DNA of 60,593 nt, the filler included, from Diploschistes diacapsis (Eukaryota): the NCBI GenBank assembly GCA_023645945.1. It is 7 parts of 7 records of this genome, joined end to end, with 100 filler letters (N's around TTAATTAATTAA, not from the genome) between each part and the next. Parts side by side here need not be neighbours in the genome. Positions count along the whole stretch, not along the records: positions 52,043 to 60,593 come from JALAIB010001132.1; 6 more parts are not named here. The stretch is one strand, 5' to 3'. Positions 52,406-60,593 of this stretch are shown here, in pieces; the stretch's first letter is position 1, and every line of letters begins with the position of its first letter. The notes below the pieces were generated by a model. That model saw only the letters and a program-made list of their open reading frames with translations. It was not told the origin of the DNA and ran no database searches. A program made the translations under genes and the position numbers.

Positions 52406-53527
52406 CTACGCTGTTCTGGGGTACCGCATTATTTTCCGGATCAATTGTATGCTTGGATCCCTGCCCAAGAGCCACCCCACGCCCTTCGCCGCATCGTCTA
52501 AAAACTTCCTGGAGATATCTAATTGTGGCAATTCCGTCCAGAAACAATGCGGAGCGCCCTCATACCCTGCAAACCGAGTTTCCACGCCGTGATCCGCCAA
52601 TGCGCGTGCCCAGATAATGCCATCGTCCCTGATTACGTCTCCTCCACAGACCTGGACGAAAGTCTGTGGAAGCCCTCGGAATGGGTTTGCAGCGTTGAAT
52701 TGTGACCACGGCGGAGACTTCCAGTCAGGGTTGTAAAATCCGAGCAAAGTCTTCGAAAGATCAGCGTTCAGGACGAGTGCGTTGGCATTGTCTTTCCAGG
52801 AGTGAACCATCTCTTTGTATTTAGGGGACAGTGAGAACGCAGAGGTCTTCTTGCAAGAAAATTGGCACTTGAGCCCAAAGACCAGTCAGAGGAGGTTGCA
52901 GGTTCTCGAGCCTGGCAAGCTCCGCCAGGACACCTACGAAGTTTCCGCCTGCGGAGCGGCCGGACAGAATGAATCCTTTCTCTGGACTAGCCCCTAGACT
53001 TTGAGCATGCGATGCAGTCCACTCGAGCGTATCCCAGCATTCATTAGGCCCTTTTAGGAAGGGGTTCTCGGGCGCCATGCAATGGGTCGGACAAACCACT
53101 ACTGCGTCGAACAAGCGAGCTAAGCCCCGAGCAAAGGGAGCCATGGAGATGGTACTTCCACCGGAGAATCCACCTCCGTGATAATAAATAATAAGAGGAC
53201 TGTGCCCGCTTCGTTCCACGCATCTCGTGACCCGAGAGGATGGTGGTGTCCATCGCGCATCGAAACCTGACACTCAAGTTCTCCAGATCAGGCGACAAAG
53301 GCTCCAAAGACTCGTACACTGCTCTTTCCGCCTCTTCGGTATGGCGTCGGAGCTTTATGTGGTCTATCGGATGTGGAATCCCCTGCGCCCTGTTCGCCTG
53401 TTGAAACTGTAATGATGAGGTTGAGAGCCGGGCCTGATCGACAGTTGCTCACCTCTGCTAATTGTGGACTAGGCGTGGACAAGTGTTGAATGCTAGCGGT
53501 GGATAGGCTGGAAATTTTAATGATCAT
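52406..53527 (-). pseudogene. Alpha/beta hydrolase (HSL / abhydrolase_3 family) pseudogene
   Basis: PLIIYYHGGGF, GRSAGG, DVIRDDG and PHCFW motifs are present. There are frameshifts around the MRDG motif (~53225-53265) and an extra C at GTCCCCTAA (~52821-52829) that gives a premature stop. Confidence 0.85.
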
Positions 53528-54262
53528 CGTGGCGGTTTCGTCGGCCTTAGGCCAGAGGGTGTGAAGTCAAGTCTGTTGCTACATCACTAACTCCGTACAG
53601 GCTTTGCTTCTTATGTACTTGGCCTGTCAATGCCTCTTGCTATGCCTTGTGTGTCCAAGCTGTCGTCCGAGGGACCTTGAGTCCGTAGGAGAAACCATTT
53701 CGGATCCGATCGCCTCTTCGGCCGTGGTATGGCCCAGACTTGATATATACAAGCAAGTGTTTTCAGTATCGATCATGTTTTCCATGATCTCTCTCCAAAC
53801 TTCCGCTTTTATATTGGTTAATATCCCGAAAGGGTGTTTTACGGTACGTTCAGTTCAGTCGAGAGATGTGAAGGAGACGTGTGGAACAAGCCAGCGGTGC
53901 ATAGGAATAGTTAGGGTCGAAACCCTTGGGCCTGATCAAGCGATTTGCATACATAGGTTAACAGAAGCAATCTCGCCATGGAAATGCTTCCCTTCCTAAG
54001 TCCGTACCGGACGCCGAATTGCAGGGCATTCCGCTGCATTTTAACCCGATGCTTTGGAAGCCTCGAATTGGTTATCGGAGATAGGGGCGGAAATATTAAA
54101 GCCACCTTGACGGCGAGCAAAGACTTAAACTCTCTTGGTTCCAACCTTGTAAGGAATCACGACCACTATCTTACCATTAGCCTTCAGTTTAATACCCTTC
54201 TTAGAGAGTCAACATCTCTCATATTGGGTCACGGCTAGGCAGGTAAGACATACCCACTTACA

Positions 54263-55224
54263 ATGTCCCACTCATCGAGAGTCTGGCTCATCACTGGCGC
54301 TTCCGGCGGCCTCGGGGAGATGTTGGCTCTCAAGGCCATCTCCGCTGGCGACAAGGTGATCGCGGCCTCACGCTCTCTGAGCCGCCTGGATGTAATCAAG
54401 TGCAAAGGCGCCGCTGTGCTAGCGTTGGACCCGAACAAGCCTCTAGCAGAGATCAAAGCAGCCATGGAGGAGGCGATAAAGATGTACGGCTCCATAGACA
54501 TTGTGGTCAATAACGCCGGATAGGTACACACTGGCACGCTCGAGGAAACTACGTGAGCCTTACCTTTGCACCTTGCCTGCGTTTGCAGAAATTGCAGTCT
54601 AGTTTGGATTAGCCATGATGACCTCTGACTTTTGATATTAGCCCTGAAGAAACCCAAAACCAGTTCCAAGCCAATGTCTTCGGTCCTCTCAACGTTTTCC
54701 GCGCCATCCTGCCGCATAGGCGCGCCAAGCGCTCCGGCACCCTCGTCACCATTGGCAGCATGGCAGCCTGGACCAGGTTTCCTAGCTGTAACCTGTACGA
54801 CGCCAGCAAAGCTGCTGTACAAATGATCAGTCTGGGGTTCGACAGCGAAGTGTCCGGGTTTGGGATCAAGACATGCCTCGTGGAACCTGGGTACTTCCGA
54901 ACCGAACTTTTAGCACCTTCTTCAAACTTGCAGCAAACCGACAAGATGGCGCGTATTTCAGAATATACGGAAATGAACAAAATGGCTGAACAAGCCCTTG
55001 GCGGCGCTCACCAAAACCAGGCCGGTGGCCCCGTGAAGGGTGCAGAGATCATGTATGATGTATTCACAAGCTCGGGCGTCGCGAAGGGAAAACATGTGCC
55101 CAGATTCCTGCCGCTGGGCAATGATGCTGTGCAGGAAGTCATCAAGTATGCGCAGGAGGCGATTGATGACTGTAAGGAATGGTCTGAGATTGCTTCAATG
55201 ACCGCTTATGCAAAAGCTTCGTAA
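54263..55224 (+). pseudogene. Short-chain dehydrogenase/reductase with an in-frame premature stop
   Basis: VWLITGASGGLG...IDIVVNNAG-TAG(54521-54523)-VHTGTLEETT/intron/PEETQNQFQANVFGPLNVFRAILP...YDASKAA...VEPGYFRT. Confidence 0.85.
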
Positions 55225-55730
55225 AGTTTCGAGAGAATGAATGGCATGCAGCTCATTGTAAGCACATTTGAAACGTAAATTGAAAAGTTTATGCTACATA
55301 CAGTCCAGCCGGAATATTGCAGGCAAATGAGCTTTATGACTTCAAGGCCCCGATTATCTCCTGTTCGCATAGCAGCAGCAGCGACTGACTCGTCCACTAC
55401 GGAGTTGTGGAGTTTATCATTACCTTAGAAACAACAATGTAGGGGAAGGGACACAGTATTCTGAGAAATATGGGTGACAATGATCTAAACCCTTTAAAGT
55501 TTAGCCTATCGAATTACAGCCCTACTATTCGCATATTTCCATTTAACGAGTCAAATGATGGGAAAGTTAAGAGTCATGATGAGCAGGGCAGTCGTTCACG
55601 ATACAGGAGAGGATATTGACTTTGGCAAACAGATTTCATCCAGCCAGTGTGCCGGCATTAGCCTTGGTATCTTATATTGGGTATAGCATCATTCGGCCAT
55701 TTGTTCAACCTCAGTCATGTAGACCATAGC

Positions 55731-57259
55731 CTAGTAATTACTTTGATCACCACCATAGTCGCCTTGACCGCCCTGGTTAGCGTACTGGTCGGAGCTGCCG
55801 AAGCCTGCCTGCTCGCGCTTCTCGCTACCCTTCTGCTCAAGCTTCTCGTTCTTTAACATGCCGCCAACTTTCTCCATTAACTTACCGGCCGTTGAGTCTG
55901 AATATGACGTTAGGCTTTGGCGAAAGCGCTATCGCACTCAGAGCTTACCTCCACCAGAGCCGCCACTGCTGCCACCCATGCCGCCTTGGCCGCCGGACTA
56001 GAGCAGCGTCAGAATGATCAAGATACTACAGTGCCAAGCTTGCGCTCACTCCACCGTAGGTGTCACCTTGACCGGAAGACTGGAATAGCTGTGAGCTGTG
56101 GTCGACTAATGATGCGAAAGCCCGGTGACTTACGCTATAGCTATCCCCGCCCAAACCAGAGCCCATGTTGCCGGACTTGGCTAAGTCAGCAAAACGCAGT
56201 CTTGCCGATAACATATGGTCCTTACACTGTAGTTGTCGCCTCCAAAGCCGCCGCCAGTGTTGCCAGACTTATGCCAAGTTAGTAGAAGCCGTTATTGTGG
56301 ACGTATGAGCCCAAGTACGCTGTAGGTATCACTCCCCAGACCACCAGCAGTGCTGCCACCTCCCATGCCGCCGCCAGTGTTGCCAGACTTGTGTAGGGTT
56401 AGTATAAGCCGTTCTGGTTGGGTATGAGCCCTCACGCTGTAGTTGTCACCTCCTTGGCCACCAGTAGTGCTGCCGGACTAGAAGCGGTCAGTGAATAGCG
56501 CGATGCGAGTTTCGCTACTTTCCATACACCATAGCCGCCGCTAGTGTTCCCAGACTGTCAGCCGTCAGTCAAGACACGGATGCGATAGTTCAAAGAGCCT
56601 TACGCCAAAGCTATCGCCTCCTAGACCCTGGTTGCCGGAAGACTGTTTCTTGTCAGCTGTCTTCATACGCGCAGTGGCATGTTCGCCTTACACCAAAGTT
56701 GTCACCACCCATTCTACCTGACGACTGTACAGAACGTTGGTCAATTGTCCTTTCGATTAGGGTAGGAGGCAGCATACCCCGAGGCTATCACCTCCTAGAC
56801 CCTGGTTGCCGGAGGACTGCCAATCGTCAGCTGTATCCATTCACGTGGTAGCATGTTCGCCTTACACCAAAGTTGTCACCACCCATTCCGCCTGTCGACT
56901 GTACGGAAAACTTGTCAATCATCCTTCGGGCCAGGCCAAGGAGGAACATACACCGAAGTTGTCGCCTTTTCCACCAATTCCGCCCGATGACTACAGAAAC
57001 ATCGGCCATGGACGTCACGACACACTTCAAACAACATACGCCCAGGTTTCCGCCTTGTCCACCCATCCCGCCGGATGACTGGGAAACCGTTAGCAGCGGG
57101 GCAGTTTGCATGAGGGGCGACTGCACTCACCCCAAAACTGTCATCTCCGTAGCCTCCACCCCCCTATTATTCTTATGTCAGTTCCTCATGCTCATGGTGG
57201 GGCGCTTTTGCGAGTGAGGGGTAGAGGCTCACGGTGTTGTTGTCGTCGTAATTGGACAT
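55731..57259 (-). CDS. 16-exon Gly/Ser-rich hydrophilin-like protein (249 aa) built from symmetric micro-exons
   Basis: Exons: 57233-57259, 57131-57163, 57040-57078, 56952-56990, 56866-56898, 56778-56816, 56692-56724, 56604-56642, 56528-56554, 56436-56477, 56319-56387, 56226-56267, 56134-56175, 56050-56079, 55949-55997, 55731-55897 (750 nt in total). All 15 introns are GT-AG, 48-69 nt. C-terminal DSTAGKLMEKVGGMLKNEKLEQKGSEKREQAG. Confidence 0.9.
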
Positions 57260-57374
57260 GTTTCGACGACTAATCTCAATTCTGCTGGAGTGGATTCTAG
57301 ATTTTGGGGGATGTTATAGAATATGTTATGAGAAAGGGAGCTTCTATGCACAAATGGTGGGGTGCGTTTGTGGC

Positions 57375-57380
57375 TTTATA
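57375..57380 (-). promoter_or_regulatory. Candidate TATA box of the micro-exon gene
   Basis: TATAAA on the minus strand about 115 nt upstream of ATG 57259. Confidence 0.4.
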
Positions 57381-58077
57381 GCTTGGTGGACAAACTTGGA
57401 AGCTCCCGTTCCCGCAAGTGAAACTGTCGTCATCTGGCTCATCGCAATTCACTGTTGGCTCCTGAAACATTGAACGTCGCTTGCCTTGGTTTTTGCCTGC
57501 TTCTGGAGCTACAAGACGGCCAGACGCGGGTGAGCGCACTGCAACCCGATCACCGATTTGGGGGTTCTTAGATGAGGTGCTGGCGTCTGCACCTCCCATG
57601 GAATGGGCCAATGCTGCAGCAAGATACACGCAGCGTGCCAGAGTAGGCCCACAACTGGCAGCACACAAAAAGTTTCCCCGCTCTAGAGCCAGCCAGCCCA
57701 CATGTGCTTCGGAATGCCCAGCATGCAAGAGGTTTCCCGCAAGGCAAGGCGGATGGGGATGATCTGCACTATGATCTCCGTACTTCAGATCGATAGTAAG
57801 AAAATACGATAACACAGAGGTAACTGTGTCCCTAATAGTGCAAGTACCTGACATTGATGTGAAGGGTTTTCCAGCTTCTGGCTAGAAATGACGCAATTTG
57901 ATCTTGTAGGTCTGGCTTTCGGGCTCCCTGAAGCCAATTGGTCGATTCGAACGAGGCACGCCCAGCAAGCAAAGCAGCAACTCAGAATTTGCCCAAGTCA
58001 TGTGGATCGTTGTGCCCTTCGAAGCAAAGAAGTAGATGCACACTCGGGCCCTCTATTGCGCCGATCGCGGGCAACCT

Positions 58078-59203
58078 CTATTTTACGTACTTGCTCTACG
58101 CTATTGCTTAGCTTGCTGTACGCTGGCGAAAACAATGTCTCAGTAACTGGAACTTACCATGAATCTCTTGTGAAAGTCAGATCGAAGAAGATCCTGTGGT
58201 ACACGTTAACTTGGTCTATTACCTCGGAATAGATCGTGCTGCTCGCATACATTCACAAACTCCTTTTTGCGCTTGTCTTCCGTTCCACGAGCTTGGTTCT
58301 TGAAGACCACATCATCGTCCCACCTAGAGAGCGTTGGTCCCGCCAAACACATACCATTCGCTTCCTACTCACCGCCGCTTCACATTGTAGTCCCGTGTGG
58401 GGTTCAGTAGAGGGTTTCCCACAGCAATGTCCTTTTCCCGCTTCTCTTGCTCCTCAGCCACACGCTCTCTCTCCTGCATGTGATCATTAGCAAGCATTCG
58501 CCAGGAAAGGTTGCGGAGTATTGCTTGCCTCGCGCTCACGTTGCTCTGCTCGCTCCTGCTTGATCTTCTCGAGTTCTCTCATTAACTCCGCCGTCTCATC
58601 TTCCTCATCACTAATACAATAAGCACAAGCAGCATGCTCGAGAAAACCTAGCCCATACCTATCTTCATCGCTACTTTCGTCCTCCAATCCATCCGAGTCC
58701 GCATCAATGTCTCGGGTCTCCTCCAGTATTCGCCTTCTTTTAGCATCCACATCCTCATTTTCATCGGTTTGCACATCTCCTGGGCCTTCAAGCCGTCTCT
58801 TAGAGCTCACACTATCTTGGGGGGCTGCTTCATCGGTGTTTAGATGCGGTCCCTTGATCTTGGAAAGGTGCGCTGCTTCCGCGTGAAGGAGTTGCGCCCG
58901 TAAATCCCTCTTCTGCGTCTCGGCTGCGTTGCCCTGACCCGGTCGTCTATCTGATTTAGCCGAAGATTACAGATCTCAACTCGTGAGCCTTACCGAGTCT
59001 TCAATACCGTATGTGCAGGCAGTAGTCGCTGGTGATAGGCTGGGCCTCGCTGTGCTTCCTTGCCACGAGCCTATGCCTGACATTAAATATTTGTGCGGAG
59101 ACATGAATATGAAGCATCCTCACCGGATCGAATGTGGGTCTATGGGCTTTGCATGATCAGTATAGTTTGACACATATCTTCACCAAGGCCTACCAGTCGT
59201 CAT
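58078..59203 (-). CDS. CWC15: Pre-mRNA splicing factor CWC15 (multi-exon)
   Basis: MTTA/HRPTFDP/ARGKEAQRGPAYHQRLLPAHTVLKTR...DADSD...EDETAELMRELEKIKQER...GNPLLN...VKRR/WDDDVVFKNQAR...FVN/DLLRSDFHKRFM/SKYVK*. Confidence 0.95.
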
Positions 59204-59399
59204 TGTTAGATGTTGAGAACAGGGTTATATTCGGCAGTCTAAGGCTCTTGTCGACTTGGAAGGTTATGAGAGCAAGCTGCGTAGAGAAATCAAAAGACTC
59301 TGGAGACGTTATTGTTTCTGGATTAACGAGAACGTCGGAGCTACTTCCGAGGTAACTTTGAATTTTATAGAGCAGTTATTATAAGCAAAATAATATTAT

Positions 59400-60593
59400 A
59401 TTTTACCATGAGCCTTTCAGAGCAGTTATTCTGACCGAAATTTTGGATATTTTACATGACATCACGATGAATAAGCAGTACTTCCTTTTGTATATAATTT
59501 GTTAACAAATTGAAATAGATTATAGCTACAGCAATTTCTTTAACTATAAATAAATAACGCGTCTTATTTATAATTTTTTTATTTCCTATAATCAGTTATT
59601 ACGATCGCGTTTATATATATATAAACGTTTAATAATAAGTTATTTATATTATTATTTAATATTTCAAAGTCTTCGGCTTAATACAATAATTATAAACGAC
59701 TCGAAAATACCTTTTTTAACTTTTTTTCGCGTTATTACGCCCGTTAACGCGTTTAGTTCCGTTTCCGTTTCTTTTAAAATCTTTTACGATTTTTTTTCCT
59801 TTTTACTCGCTTAACGGTAATATTTTTTCGATATCGACGTGTCGGAGGGTCCGTTGACGCTATTTATCGCGAAATAGATTACGTACTGGCCGTACGTCGA
59901 TAATGTTTAATCCCGGAAAGAGTAAATTGGGTAAACGAAATACTTCCGTTATCGACGTTAGCGTAAATAGTAGGCGGCGGACACGTTTATCGTCGTAATT
60001 AATAAAAGAAGGAAGATAACGCGAAACGCGGTGAAATATAATATGGTTATTTATATTATTTATTAGAATAACGGGGACGTTGTATTTTCGCGCGATCGTA
60101 AATGCGTTAGAAATTATATAAATTTCCTCGTAGATACGGACCGCGTAAAAATATTTAATATCTTTAAAAATCTCGTTGTATAATAGATTTCTTTAAATTA
60201 CGTTATCGTAAATATCGCGAGATAGATACGCGGCGTTAACGACTCGAAACTTCGCGAGAAACTCGTTAACGCGAGAGTTAAATGATTCTCGCGTTAAAAC
60301 GTTCGTAACGTTAATTCCGTTTAATTCCGCGCGTATTTTAATACGCGTAGGTAGGGCGTTTCGGAAAATTAAAAGACGTAACGGAAAAAAACGTTGTAAT
60401 AATTGTTAAATCAACGGGATCCGGGTAAAAGGAAAGAAAAAGAATTTTTATGAAAGACGGCCGGTATTAAGGCTTTTTACATTAAAGACGAGGCGGAGGA
60501 GATATCTTTCGATCTTATTTTTACGAAAAAATCAAGAATCGCGATTCTTTACCGCCGTAAGCGTTTTATTTTAATAAATAATATTTATAAGAT
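59400..60593. mobile_element. RIP-degraded repeat / transposon relic (family unrecognisable)
   Basis: Strongly AT-rich with abundant TpA and very few CpA/TpG, while CpG is retained. No ORF of 60 aa or more. Runs to the contig end. Confidence 0.7.

Noticed and set aside
55900..57170. Periodic repeat-spacer pattern (~85-bp period) resembling a CRISPR array
   Set aside because: The repeats are divergent coding micro-exons and the spacers are GT-AG introns with branch sites. The context is eukaryotic and there are no cas genes.

Overview
Filamentous-ascomycete (Pezizomycotina-type) nuclear DNA with ~50-nt GT-AG introns and CTRAC branch sites. The window is not one locus. It is seven unlinked contigs (8587, 8587, 8574, 8569, 8567, 8558, 8551 bp, in descending length order) joined by artificial N44-TTAATTAATTAA-N44 linkers. 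Recognisable genes: HEI10, NAD(P) transhydrogenase, an SDR fragment, a URH1-type nucleoside hydrolase fragment, a LURP-one/tubby-like protein, PHO88/SND3, RAD14/XPA, transketolase, a GPI-type Ser-rich wall protein, a 4xWSC copper radical oxidase (AA5_1), a HAD hydrolase, the Nrd1/Seb1-citrate synthase-YHM2 cluster and CWC15. There are also three clear pseudogenes and RIP-like AT-rich contig ends. The most striking item is missed by the ORF track: a 16-exon gene at 55731-57259 (-) in which 14 consecutive phase-0 introns separate 27-69 nt micro-exons, most encoding one Gly/Ser repeat module, with visible exon+intron duplications. Other leads are a long structured first intron in the HAD gene, a hairpin-dense candidate ncRNA near 38.3-38.6 kb, and a GC-AG intron with a competing frameshifting GT donor in CWC15. 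All gene identities come from motif recognition, not database searches.
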